Positions 10,248 through 20,254 of a DNA stretch of 64,000 bases are shown one piece after another. Location: the NCBI GenBank assembly GCA_965206595.1, contig OZ242214.1, positions 544,001 to 608,000 of the forward strand, in the 5' to 3' direction. The first letter of the stretch is position 1; each line of letters starts with the position of its first letter. The translations under genes and the position numbers were made by a program. The stretch is from Candidatus Latescibacterota bacterium. Its GTDB lineage: Bacteria > Latescibacterota > UBA2968 > UBA8231. The notes under the pieces are model-generated. The model searched no databases. It was not told the origin of the DNA and saw only the letters and a program-made list of their open reading frames with translations.

Positions 10248-12463
10248 GAGTCTATAGTCCCTTGATGCTATCGACGCTTCTTGCCGGCCTCGCCGCGGTC
10301 ACCCTCCAACCGGCGGCGCAGGTGGCAGCCGAGAGGAAGGTCGCCTTCGCCGCACCGCTGTCGGGCATCACCATCGACGGCCGACTCGACGACTGGCCGG
10401 GTGGCCTGCCGGTGTACAAACTCAGGGAGATGGCCGCTGTGTATGGTCCCACTGATGTGGACGGGACGGACCTGGACACCAGTACCGACTTGAGTCCGGA
10501 GTTCATGGTCGGATACAGTCCGGAAGAGCAGCTCATCTACGTGGCCATTCGCGTCAGGGACGATCGCATCAGGGTCGGCGGATGGAGTACTAACACCGAT
10601 GCGTGTGAGGTCTTCCTGGGCCGAGGGACGCTGCCATTTCAGTACATGTTGTGCCCCGAAGGCGGAAGCTATCGCGGCGGCTCGAATCCCAGCCTGACTC
10701 ACGACGATCTGGGCGGCGACCTGCCCATAAACAAAACCCGGTCCCGCGGTGCCTTCGGACGGGTCGGCGACGTCACCGTGTACGAGTGGGCATTGGAGCT
10801 GTTGGGCGCATCGCTGGAGGACTCCCTTCCCCTGGACCGGGGCATGGCCATCGACTTCGACGTCGTCGCCGTCGACAAGGACACGGAAGACGGCAATCCA
10901 GCTTACGTGTCCTGGAACCTGCTTCCGCCCAAGGGCGCCTCAAAACGCGGAGATCCTGCCCTGCAGGGCAAGTTGGTGCTGGTGAAGAGCGTTGCCGACT
11001 TGCCCGATGCGACCGTTTTGACCGAGCCCACTACCGGAACGATCAAAGGTCGAATCACTCGTCGGGAAGACGGGACGCCATTCGGTCATGCTACAGTCGA
11101 ACTGCGGCAGGATGCGCGAGTGCACCGATTCGATACCGGCGCCGACGGTTCGTTTCAGCTGTCAGAGCTTCCCGGACGTTACACGATCACCGCTTCGGGA
11201 CGGGGGGGGCTGCCAGAAACAGGCGAGGTCCAAGTCGAGATAGGCGAGGAAGTCGCCGTGCACCTGTCCCTCGCAGATCGGGGCACGCTGTTTCACATGG
11301 ACCCCGATACTCCGAAGGACAAAGACGCGGACGGTGGCAACGGCAGCGCGTCTCGTCCGTTTCGAACTATTCAGGAAGGCCTTGATGCAGCCAGTTACGG
11401 CGACACCATCCGTCTCGCGCCAGGGACCTGTGATCAACCTGCCGAACTGATCAGTGGAGTCACCCTGATGGGAGCGGGGCAGGGCCGGACGAGGGTTATC
11501 GGGGAAGCGCACTTTGGCCTGGCGCTCCGCCCCTTTATTCACTACTACTAGCCTCCCGGGGCAGGGGCTGAACTTTCGACTGTAGCTTTGCGTGATGTCG
11601 TGATGGAAGCCTTCACCTTCGACGGTGGAGAGGAGTACCCACCGCGTTCAGCCGAGGAGGTCTCTGACCTGCTGGCCCTCGTCATGGCCGCAAACCGGCA
11701 GGATGTTTCTTCCGTAGAGGACCTGCTGACGCGCAATCCCGGACTGGCCACCGCGAGAATCCTGTCTCCGGATGCGCATTCAGAAGGAAGCACACTCCTG
11801 CATGGGATCGTCAGTGCGTATTCCGCCGCTTCGGATGAAAAGCTCGAGATCGCCAAGCTGCTGATCGAACACGGAGCGGATGTCGATGCGGAGGGTGGCC
11901 AGGCTCGGGGCTCGGGCGAGTCCGCATTGGGGTATGCCGGTTTTTTTGGCGACGTGCGCCTGGTCGAGTTGTACCTCGCTCACGGTGCGGACCCCAATCG
12001 AATAAACTCCACCGGGAACACGCCTGTTGACGCCACTGCGCACGAGGGATCCCACGCCCGGGGTTACCCTACGTTCATCCCCAGTTTCGAAGCCCTGGTA
12101 AAGGCGGGCGGGCGCTACGACCTCGGTCACCTGATCATGCTCAACCACACCGAGCGGCTCGTTGCCGAGCTCGACAAGGACCCGGCCAAGGTCAATGAAC
12201 AGATCAAACTCAGACACGAACGCGACCAATACGGCAGTCCTCTGCATGAGGCGGCCGACGATTGCAGTGCTGACATTTCCGCAATGCTGCTGGATCGAGG
12301 CGCTGCTCTGAACGCCCTCGACAACAAAGGACAGACCGCCCTCCAGCGAGCGCTCAATCGCGATGACGATGAGTGTAGGGGCGTTGTCGAGATCCTGCGA
12401 GACCGGGGCGCCGACACCGCTTCCGGCACAGCACCTCACCACTCAGGCCCCGCCACGAATTAA
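10244..12463 (+). pseudogene. Secreted multidomain protein (CBM9/DOMON-like, carboxypeptidase-regulatory-like, DUF1565-like, ankyrin repeats) with an in-frame TAG at 11549-11551
   Basis: Signal peptide; ITIDGRLDDW; GTIKGRIT...LPGRYTITAS; GNGSASRPFRTIQEGL. ORF 11588..12463 is in the same frame and carries ankyrin motifs (LLIEHGADVDA, SPLHEAA, GQTALQRA). Confidence 0.75.
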
Positions 12464-12847
12464 TTAACTCAATCACTGCACTATCTAGTCTTGCGACGCC
12501 CCCGATTCATGGCTCATTTTTTTCGGTACCGATTTCATCCATGAGATGCTGGTCAGCGATCTGGTGGATGCCCATCGCGGTCTGGAGGAGGCAGCTGAAC
12601 CGGATCTGGAGGCGGGCACTGAGATTCCGTCCCGTGCGCATACCCGAGGAGGGTGCTCCTCATACGCCGGGCTGCAACTTCATCGATGCCGGCAGCGTCA
12701 TCGGCGGCCGCGGGGCATTTGCGCGCGGTGGACCCGGGGCTCGTAGCGGCCCCGCCCTACCGGGTACCAGGGGCAAGGCTCCCCTCGGGACTGTCCCTCA
12801 CGGGTAATCCGGTTTACCATGATCTATTCAACCAGGAGTCTGAACTT

Positions 12848-14110
12848 TTGAAAGCAGCGCTGATTCTTACGGGGACCATATCTATGAGCGGATTGGCGGC
12901 GTGGGCGAAGCCTCCCCCTCCGGTGGAGAGTGTCGAGATCCGGGAAGGGCATCTGATCGTAAACGGGGAGCCGTTTTTCCCGGTGGGTATAGGCTGGGTC
13001 GCACACGGGCATTTTTCTCTGCCCGAGGCCGGGGAAAAGGGCTTCAATCTTGCCACTACCCACGGGGACCGGACCGAGCCGTGGACCTTCCGTGCCGACA
13101 TAGATGACGCGTATGCAAACGGCATGTACGCGATGGCTTCCGTTGGCAATGGTGTGTGGGAGAACCTGGAGGAGGTCGAGAGGATCGTCATGGCCTGTCG
13201 CGACGCCCCCGGACTGCTGGTGTGGGAGTTGGAGGATGAACCCAACCATGGCGGCAGCGGTGGCAACTACAGGGTTCCACCCGGGGCGCTCAAGCCGGCG
13301 TACGACCTGATCAAGCGCCTCGACCCGGCCCACCCGGTGATGCTCAACCTCGCGCTGGGGCGTCTCAAGGACCATCAGGACTACCGGGATGTGGCCGACA
13401 TCCACTCGGACGACGTCTACCCGGTTCCCCTCTATCCCCTTGCCCATGTTGCCCAATACTCCGACAGCGTAGTCAAAGGCGCGGCGGGGAAGCCGGGATG
13501 GATGTGGGTGCAGATGGGGCCTCTGCGAGGCGGCCCGGACGATCGTTCCCCGACCATGACAGAGGTCCGGTGCATGACCTACCTGGCCGTGGCGCACGGC
13601 ATCAGCGGCATCAATTACTTCAGCTTCCACTACAATGTGGGTGACATGGACTGGTGGGCGAACCAGTCGGAGCCGGCGTACTGGGCGCAGTGGGCGGACC
13701 TGACCGCGGAACTGCGCCTTCTGGCTCCTTGCCTCCTGGCCCCTGAGGTGCCCGGGCTCGGGTCGGAAATCATCGAAGGGTCCAGAGAACCCGCCAATTT
13801 CGGATACACGGCGCTGCACCTGTCACTGCGGCAAATCGAGGGCGGTTATTTCCTGATCGCCGTCAACGGCTTCGATTCGCCGATCAAAGCGCGATTCACT
13901 GTTCCGCTCCCTGCCGGCGGACTGGCGGCGGACGGCGCCGCGGTGCGTTCGGAGAATCGGCTCGTGGAAGTCAGGGATGGAGTTTTCGAAGACTCCTTCG
14001 CGCCGTATGCCGTGCATCTGTACGAGTTGCCCTTCGGCGTCGACGCAATAGGTTCGCCCGCTCAGGAACCGGTTGCCTGGCCGCGGTGGCAGCGGCGGCC
14101 CCGGCCTTGA
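12848..14110 (+). CDS. Secreted glycoside hydrolase-like TIM-barrel protein
   Basis: TTG start after AGGAG, signal peptide, LIVNGEPFFPVG, WELEDEP (clan-A-like acid/base), DVYP, and LAVAHGISGINYF. Confidence 0.65.
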   Translation: MKAALILTGTISMSGLAAWAKPPPPVESVEIREGHLIVNGEPFFPVGIGWVAHGHFSLPEAGEKGFNLATTHGDRTEPWTFRADIDDAYANGMYAMASVGNGVWENLEEVERIVMACRDAPGLLVWELEDEPNHGGSGGNYRVPPGALKPAYDLIKRLDPAHPVMLNLALGRLKDHQDYRDVADIHSDDVYPVPLYPLAHVAQYSDSVVKGAAGKPGWMWVQMGPLRGGPDDRSPTMTEVRCMTYLAVAHGISGINYFSFHYNVGDMDWWANQSEPAYWAQWADLTAELRLLAPCLLAPEVPGLGSEIIEGSREPANFGYTALHLSLRQIEGGYFLIAVNGFDSPIKARFTVPLPAGGLAADGAAVRSENRLVEVRDGVFEDSFAPYAVHLYELPFGVDAIGSPAQEPVAWPRWQRRPRP

Positions 14111-14200
14111 CGGTGGCCGCGGCGAGTCCGCAGGGCGGAAGAACCATACCTGTCCACCGCCGCCGCTAGGCGAGGTGACCAAGCCGAAAGGAAACAGCAA

Positions 14201-15094
14201 ATGACCGCAGAACTCGAAGTGATCGCCGACGACGGCAACCTGGTAGGGGAAGGCCCGATCTGGGACGGGGAGCGCAACCGCCTGCTGTGGACGGACATCA
14301 GCAGCTCCCTCGTCTACCAGATGGACGCCGCCGGCACCAAGAGCATCATCAACCGCGACCTGGTCGTGAACGGCATCGGCCTCAATGGCGACGGCCGCCT
14401 CGTCTTTTCCGGGGCGGGCGGGCTGTTCCTTTGGAGCGGGGAAGGGGAGCACCGCAACATCGCCTCGGAGCACGAAGGGGAGGCGCTCTCCTTCAACGAC
14501 ATGATCGTCGGGCCGCAGGGGCGGGTGTACGCCGGCACCATGTACTGGGGGGAGAACGGCAAGGAAAGGGACGGCAAGCTTTATAAGTTCGGCCCGAGCG
14601 GCGTCGTCGAGGTCGTCGCCGAGGGCATCGAGCTGTCCAACGGCCTGGGTTTCAGCCCGGACGACGGGACCCTCTACCACTCCGACTCGGCGGCCCGCAG
14701 GATCTACGCATTCGACGTCGACGCGGCGACCGGCAGGCTGGAGAACCGGCGGGTGTTCGTGCAGGTGCCCGGCGACGAGGGGATCCCCGACGGCATGACC
14801 GTCGACGCCGAGGGCTTCGTCTGGAGCGCCCAGTGGTACGGCGAGCAGGTGGTCCGCTACGATCCCGACGGCAGCGTCGAGCGCCGCCTGCCGATGCCGG
14901 TGAAACAGGTCTCCGCGGTCGCCTTCGGAGGACCCGACCTCGACGAGCTGTACATCACCAGCGCCGGCGCCTCCTGGCCGAGCGACGTCGCTCCCCCGGG
15001 GTACGACTTCGCAGCGCCGAACATGGGCGGCACCCTCTTCCGGCTGCGGGCGGAGGTCAGGGGCAAGCCGGAATTCCGCGCCGCCTTCGAGTAG
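14201..15094 (+). CDS. SMP-30/gluconolactonase family protein
   Basis: GEGPIWD, FNDM, SNGLGFSPD, PDGMTVDAEG, AFGGPDLDELYIT. Confidence 0.93.
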   Translation: MTAELEVIADDGNLVGEGPIWDGERNRLLWTDISSSLVYQMDAAGTKSIINRDLVVNGIGLNGDGRLVFSGAGGLFLWSGEGEHRNIASEHEGEALSFNDMIVGPQGRVYAGTMYWGENGKERDGKLYKFGPSGVVEVVAEGIELSNGLGFSPDDGTLYHSDSAARRIYAFDVDAATGRLENRRVFVQVPGDEGIPDGMTVDAEGFVWSAQWYGEQVVRYDPDGSVERRLPMPVKQVSAVAFGGPDLDELYITSAGASWPSDVAPPGYDFAAPNMGGTLFRLRAEVRGKPEFRAAFE

Positions 15095-15106
15095 GCGAGG
15101 CAGACG

Positions 15107-15439
15107 ATGCAGCGGGTAGCGTTCGTCATGCAGGTGAAACCGGGTCGCGAGGAGGAGTACGCCCGCCGCCACCGCGAGGTCTGGCCGCAGGTGGAGGCCG
15201 ACCTGAAGCGGGCAGGCGTGCACAGGATGAGCATCTTCATGCGCGGGCGGCAGCTGTTCCTGTACATGGAAGTCGAGGACTACGCCGCGGCCTGCGAGGT
15301 CCTCGAGAACAGTCCGGAGTCGGTGCGCTGGGAGGAGTACATGGCCCCGATCATGGATAATGCCGAGGGGACCGACTACGACCCGGCGAACCCCTACCCC
15401 GAGGGGCTGCCGGAGGTCTATTTCTGGGAAGCCGGCTGA
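15107..15439 (+). CDS. rhaM: L-rhamnose mutarotase family protein
   Basis: AFVMQVKPGREEEYARRHREVWP...RWEEYMAPIM. Confidence 0.8.
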   Translation: MQRVAFVMQVKPGREEEYARRHREVWPQVEADLKRAGVHRMSIFMRGRQLFLYMEVEDYAAACEVLENSPESVRWEEYMAPIMDNAEGTDYDPANPYPEGLPEVYFWEAG

Positions 15440-15461
15440 CGGCCGGTGAGCGGGAGAGCGC

Positions 15462-16805
15462 TCAGCCCGCGGCGAGCGCCTCTTCCTGCTGCCGGCGCAG
15501 CTCGAGGGCGGGGGATTCGGCCAGCTCGACGTCGTCGCGGTTGATCATGCCGTCCTCGGGGACGTCCCGCCTGAGCACGGCCCCGCGCGAAAGCCCGACC
15601 GGCAGCAGGTTCTCCGCTCCCGCCACCGCCGCCTTTTCGAGCAGTCCGTAGAGACAGAACCCCCCCTCTCCGTCGAGGGTGGTCCCCGCCTTCAGCGGCT
15701 TCTTCGCCGCCGACACGACCTCGGCGTGCCACCCGATCGGGGCGCCGCAGGTCTGGTTGTCGAGCATGATGGTCGCCACCGAAATCGGCATCTCGTGGCC
15801 GATCCAGTGCTGCGGCCGGTAGATCATCGCGTAGTTGCTGCGCCTGCCCATGATCATGCCGATGATCTCCCCGTACGACCCCAGCGATTCGGCGGTGAAG
15901 CCGGTCGGCCCTTCGACGACGCAGTAGAGGCCGCCGCGCAGGCTGCGCTCGACCGCCGCCTCGTTCTCGTCTATGGAGCTGACCGCCTCGACCACTCCTT
16001 CCTGTGAAAGCACGCCGCCCTTGTCGCGGTGGCAGACGACGTCGGGGATGTCGCGCAGGTCGGAGCAGGGGAAGTGCATGCCGCGCACGTCCGGCACGAG
16101 GCCGGACATGTTGGCGAGACAGGCCATCTCGATGGCGTGCTTGGTGCCGTCGAGGAAGCTGCCGAACATCTGCGCGTTGTAGTCGTCCCCGGTGAAGCCG
16201 TACAGCCGCGGCACGTCGTCGGGGTTGGCCTTGCGGAACGCAGTCCTGAAGCGCGTCCCCTTGCCCGCGGCCACCACCCGGAAGCCGAGGGCGCGGGCCC
16301 AGTCCCAGAGCCCGAGGGCGACCGCGGGCTCGTCGCCGTACGCGGCGCTGTAGAGGACCCCGGCCTCGTCGGCGAGCCGTTTCAGCTGCCAGCCGACGAC
16401 GACGTCGGCCTCGACGGTCACCATCACCACGTGTTTGCCGGCGTCGATGGCGTCGCGCGCGTGGCCGGCCCCGGCCTCGACGTTGCCGGTGGCCTCGATG
16501 ACGACGTCGACCCCGCTTTCGAACAGGACCCGGGCATCCCGGGTGACTGCGAAGCGCCCGGAAGCGATGGCAGCGTCGATGGCGTCCGCTGTATCCGCCT
16601 CGATCACCTCCATATCCCCGGCGCCCCCGATGCGGAAGGCGCGCACCGCCTTGCCGGGGTCGAGCTCGGCGATGACCGCCAGGCGCATGCCCGGGGCCGC
16701 GGCCATCTGCGAGGCGATCTGGGTGCCGAAGGTACCGGCGGCGATCAGGCCGACCTCGATCGGCTCGCCGCTTTCGTCACGTTCACGCAGTCGCTGGTAG
16801 AGCAT
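15462..16805 (-). CDS. Homoserine dehydrogenase-like NAD-dependent oxidoreductase with C-terminal SAF domain
   Basis: VVMVTVEAD, GDEP, AAGKG, FLDGTKHAIEM, AKKPLKAGTTLDGEGG. Confidence 0.85.
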   Translation of the reverse strand: MLYQRLRERDESGEPIEVGLIAAGTFGTQIASQMAAAPGMRLAVIAELDPGKAVRAFRIGGAGDMEVIEADTADAIDAAIASGRFAVTRDARVLFESGVDVVIEATGNVEAGAGHARDAIDAGKHVVMVTVEADVVVGWQLKRLADEAGVLYSAAYGDEPAVALGLWDWARALGFRVVAAGKGTRFRTAFRKANPDDVPRLYGFTGDDYNAQMFGSFLDGTKHAIEMACLANMSGLVPDVRGMHFPCSDLRDIPDVVCHRDKGGVLSQEGVVEAVSSIDENEAAVERSLRGGLYCVVEGPTGFTAESLGSYGEIIGMIMGRRSNYAMIYRPQHWIGHEMPISVATIMLDNQTCGAPIGWHAEVVSAAKKPLKAGTTLDGEGGFCLYGLLEKAAVAGAENLLPVGLSRGAVLRRDVPEDGMINRDDVELAESPALELRRQQEEALAAG

Positions 16806-16811
16806 GGGCGG

Positions 16812-17585
16812 TTACTCCTCGAGGCGCTGCCAGCGCAGCACCTGCCTGGCGTGGTCGGAAAGGGAGTCCCAGAGCTCGCGGGAGAAGTGGGCTTGGGTGT
16901 TCTCGTGCTGCCAGCGGCTGAAGACCCAGGAGCTGCTCATCGCCATGCAGAGCTCGTCGCGCGGCCTGTCGGAGCGGTTGGGGGTGCCGCGGTGGATGAC
17001 GCGGTTGTCGTGAACCCACAGGGAGCCCTTGCGCAGGTTGAGCCGGCGCGAGGTGTAGCGCTCGCTGAAGGCGGCGCCGTGTCCGAAGAGGTCGTCGAGG
17101 TTTTCCGCGGGCAGCTCGCCGACGTACTGGGTGCACGGCATCACCTCGAAGCTGCCGTTCTCCTCGGAGGTGTCGCACAGAGGGAACTTGACGCCGACCT
17201 GGTAACAGGGGGTGGCGATGCCGGGGAACAGGCTGTTGATGCCGTCGCGGTGCCAGCGCTGGTAATCGCTCCCCGGCAGCGGGATGTTCGAGTCGAACAC
17301 GAACCAGACGTAGTCCTCTCCGAGGATTTCCTCGAGAAAGGCCACGAGGTCGGGGTGCTCGAAGATCTCCGGGTCGAGGAAGGGGGGCTCGTACGGCACC
17401 GGAACGTTGTAGCGGCCCCAGCCCCGGGTCGGGGGGTTCTCCCCCTGGCTGGCGATGCCGGCGTCGCGGACCGGCTCCCAGGCCTCGAGGATGCGGTCGA
17501 TCCTTTTGTGCGGGATCAGGTCCTCGAACACGGCGAGCCCGTTGATGCGGAACTGCTGGACCTTGGCGGCGGCGTCCCGGCTCAT
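16812..17585 (-). CDS. Phytanoyl-CoA dioxygenase (PhyH) family protein, tandem copy 2
   Basis: QRWHRD (HxD), ENGSFEV, HRGTPNRS; start MSRD overlaps the upstream stop codon. Confidence 0.88.
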   Translation of the reverse strand: MSRDAAAKVQQFRINGLAVFEDLIPHKRIDRILEAWEPVRDAGIASQGENPPTRGWGRYNVPVPYEPPFLDPEIFEHPDLVAFLEEILGEDYVWFVFDSNIPLPGSDYQRWHRDGINSLFPGIATPCYQVGVKFPLCDTSEENGSFEVMPCTQYVGELPAENLDDLFGHGAAFSERYTSRRLNLRKGSLWVHDNRVIHRGTPNRSDRPRDELCMAMSSSWVFSRWQHENTQAHFSRELWDSLSDHARQVLRWQRLEE

Positions 17586-18376
17586 CGGGCCTCCTCGACA
17601 CGCATCAGCCGCAGCACCTGCCTGCCGTGCTCGGGCAGCGACTCCCACAGGGCGCGGGGGAAATGGCCGGCGGTCTCCTCGTGCAGCCACCGGTTGAATA
17701 GAAAGGGGCGCGACATCGCCATGCAAAGCTCGTCGCGCGGGAGGCCGGAGCGGTTGGGAGTGCCGCGGTGGTAGTTGCGGCCGTCCTGCATCCACAGGGA
17801 GCCCTTGCGCAGGTTGAGACGGACCGGCTTGAAGGCGGGGTTCGGGTCCGCTCCCCTGCCGAGCACCTCGTCGAGGTCCTCCCGCGGCAGCACCTCCTCG
17901 GTGACGTACTGGGTGCAGGGCATCACCTCGAAGCTGCCGTTCTCCTCGCTGGTGTCGCACAAGGGAAACTTGACCCCGATGGTCGGGACCGGCGTCATGA
18001 TGCCGGGGAAGAGGTTGGCGCGGCCGTCGCGGTGCCAGTTCTGGTAGTCGGTTCCCGGCAGCGGGATGTTGGAATCGAAGTGGGTCCAGACGTAGTCGTC
18101 GCCGAGCGCCTGCCGGAGGAAGGCGACGACCGCGGGATGCTCGAAGATCTCCGGGTCGACGAAGGGCTCGCGGAAGGGGACCCGGACGTTGTAGCGGCCC
18201 CGGCCCCGGGGCGGGTTCTCCCCCTGCCTTTCGATGTCGGCGTCGCGGACCGGCACCCAGGCCTCGAGGATGCGGTCGATCTTTTCGTGCGGTATCAGGT
18301 CCTCGAAAACGGCGAACCCGTTGATGCGGAACTCGAGGACCTTGGCGTCGATGTCGTATTCTGCGGCGGGGGTCAC
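17582..18376 (-). CDS. PhyH family protein, tandem copy 1
   Basis: QNWHRD, ENGSFEV, HRGTPNRS; the GTG start is approximate. Confidence 0.88.
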   Translation of the reverse strand: MTPAAEYDIDAKVLEFRINGFAVFEDLIPHEKIDRILEAWVPVRDADIERQGENPPRGRGRYNVRVPFREPFVDPEIFEHPAVVAFLRQALGDDYVWTHFDSNIPLPGTDYQNWHRDGRANLFPGIMTPVPTIGVKFPLCDTSEENGSFEVMPCTQYVTEEVLPREDLDEVLGRGADPNPAFKPVRLNLRKGSLWMQDGRNYHRGTPNRSGLPRDELCMAMSRPFLFNRWLHEETAGHFPRALWESLPEHGRQVLRLMRVEEAR

Positions 18377-18541
18377 GGTTGTCTCAAGGTCGTTGGCAGG
18401 CGAGCTACCCTGCAAGCGGGCTCCCGGTCCGGGCGGCGGAATATAGATTCCTCTCAGAAAGGTTGACAACCGGTTCCGGGCCGGGCGGTATTTGCGCCAG
18501 CACCTATTTTGCCCCCGCATGCATCAAAGACAGGAGGTCCG

Positions 18542-19492
18542 ATGAAGGCAGTCATCGCATTCGACTTGGGGGAGGAGTACGTCGCCGATCTGCGCGCCTC
18601 TTTCCCCGAGGTCGAGTTCACCCTCGCCTACAGCGAGGAGGAGCAGCTCGCCCAGGCCCCCGACGCCGAGATCTTCTTCGGCACCATCAGCCGCGCCGCG
18701 TTTCTCGCCGCCACCCGGCTGAAGTGGTACCAGTACATCGGCATCGGGTTCGACAACGAGCTGCGCCGCGTCCCGGAGCTGCTCGACAGTCCCGTGGTCA
18801 TGACGCTGAACCGCGAGACCCACGTGGTCCCGATAGCCGATCACGTCTTCGCCATGATCCTGTCGTTCGCCCATTGCATCCCCGGGTTGATCGAGGACCA
18901 GAATGCCCGCCGCTGGGACCCGCACAAGTGGACGGTCGCCGAGCTGGCCGGCTCGACCATGGGGGTGCTGGCCATGGGGGACATCGGCAGGGCGGTGGCG
19001 CGCCGGGCGCAGGGGTTCGACATGGAGGTCTACGCCGTCGACATCGCCCAGATGGAGCCGCCGCCGGGAGTGCGCGAGGTGTGGGGCCCCGAACGCCTCG
19101 ACGACCTGCTGAAGATCTCGGACTGGTTCGTGGTCACGGCGCCGCGCACCCCGCAGACCGAGGGGCTGATCGACGCCCGCCGGTTCGGGATCATGAAGCC
19201 CAGCGCCCACCTGATCGTCGTCTCGCGCGGCGGCATCGTCGACGAGGAGGCCCTCGCCGCTGCCCTCGCCTCGGGAGAGATCGCCGGCGCCGGCTGCGAC
19301 GCCCTGTGGCCGGAACCGCCGGAGCCGGACAGCCCCCTGTGGGACCTTCCCAACATGCTGATCTCGCCGCACTCGTCCGCCCATTCCCCGCAGCTTTGGG
19401 AGCGGCGCAGGCAGATCTTCAAGGAGAACCTCGGCCGCTACCTCGCGGGAGAGCCCCTGAGGTTCGTTTGCGACAGAAAGAGAGGATACTGA
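18542..19492 (+). CDS. D-2-hydroxyacid dehydrogenase
   Basis: MGDIG Rossmann motif, SRGGIVDE, EPP, ISPHSS; GGAGG RBS upstream. Confidence 0.9.
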   Translation: MKAVIAFDLGEEYVADLRASFPEVEFTLAYSEEEQLAQAPDAEIFFGTISRAAFLAATRLKWYQYIGIGFDNELRRVPELLDSPVVMTLNRETHVVPIADHVFAMILSFAHCIPGLIEDQNARRWDPHKWTVAELAGSTMGVLAMGDIGRAVARRAQGFDMEVYAVDIAQMEPPPGVREVWGPERLDDLLKISDWFVVTAPRTPQTEGLIDARRFGIMKPSAHLIVVSRGGIVDEEALAAALASGEIAGAGCDALWPEPPEPDSPLWDLPNMLISPHSSAHSPQLWERRRQIFKENLGRYLAGEPLRFVCDRKRGY

Positions 19493-19499
19493 AACCGCC

Positions 19500-20243
19500 A
19501 TGGCACTTACCGAAGCGATCGTCGTCAACTGGAGGGAATCGCGCACCTACCTCGGGCACGACAACGCCGTCGTGTCGCCGATACTGACCCCGGAGGGAGG
19601 AGACAACGGCATCTCCTCCTGCCTGCAGTACATCGGCGCCTTCGCCCGGCACTCGCTGCAGGGGCGCAAGAACTCCGACAACCACGCCCACGAGAAAGCC
19701 GAGCAGTACTACTACATCCTCTCCGGGGAAGGAGAGGTGCTGATCGGCGATGAGCGCCACCCGGTGCGCGAAGGCACGGTCACCTACTTCCCGCCCGGCA
19801 CGCCGCACCAGTACTTCAACGAAAGCACCGATGCCTGGGCCGAGCACCTGATCATCACCTTCCCGACGGAGCGGACCGGCAGCGCCCCGCGGGTGCTCAA
19901 CTGGCGCGACGTGACCCCGGCCTTCGGGGTCCACGGCGACGCGGTGACCTGGAAGCTGCTGGAATCGGTCCACGAGCCCGAGCCCGGCACCGACCGGCCC
20001 TGCCTGCTGAAGTCCTACTACCTGGCGAGGCAGGCGGTCATGCGCGGCAAGGCCTCGGATTTCCACGTCCACGACGACAAGGAGCAGGTCTACTACATCC
20101 TCGAGGGAGAGGGGCTGGTGATGGCGGACCGGTGGGTGCACCGGGTCGGCGAGGGGGACACCGTGTACCTGCCGCGCGGCGTCGGCCACCAGATAATCAA
20201 CGAGGGGTACGACGGCTGGCTGTCGTACCTCGTGGTGAGCTGA
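19500..20243 (+). CDS. Bicupin protein
   Basis: Two cupin repeats: HAHEKAEQYYYILSGEG and HVHDDKEQVYYILEGEG. Confidence 0.85.
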   Translation: MALTEAIVVNWRESRTYLGHDNAVVSPILTPEGGDNGISSCLQYIGAFARHSLQGRKNSDNHAHEKAEQYYYILSGEGEVLIGDERHPVREGTVTYFPPGTPHQYFNESTDAWAEHLIITFPTERTGSAPRVLNWRDVTPAFGVHGDAVTWKLLESVHEPEPGTDRPCLLKSYYLARQAVMRGKASDFHVHDDKEQVYYILEGEGLVMADRWVHRVGEGDTVYLPRGVGHQIINEGYDGWLSYLVVS

Positions 20244-20254
20244 GGGAGAAGACC

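Noticed and set aside
11549-11551. Pyrrolysine recoding of the in-frame TAG
   Set aside because: No methyltransferase context or pyl genes in the window; a nonsense mutation or sequencing error is more parsimonious.
16812-17960. 382-aa version of the PhyH ORF
   Set aside because: The N-terminal extension is an alternative frame of the upstream paralog; the real start is probably 17585.
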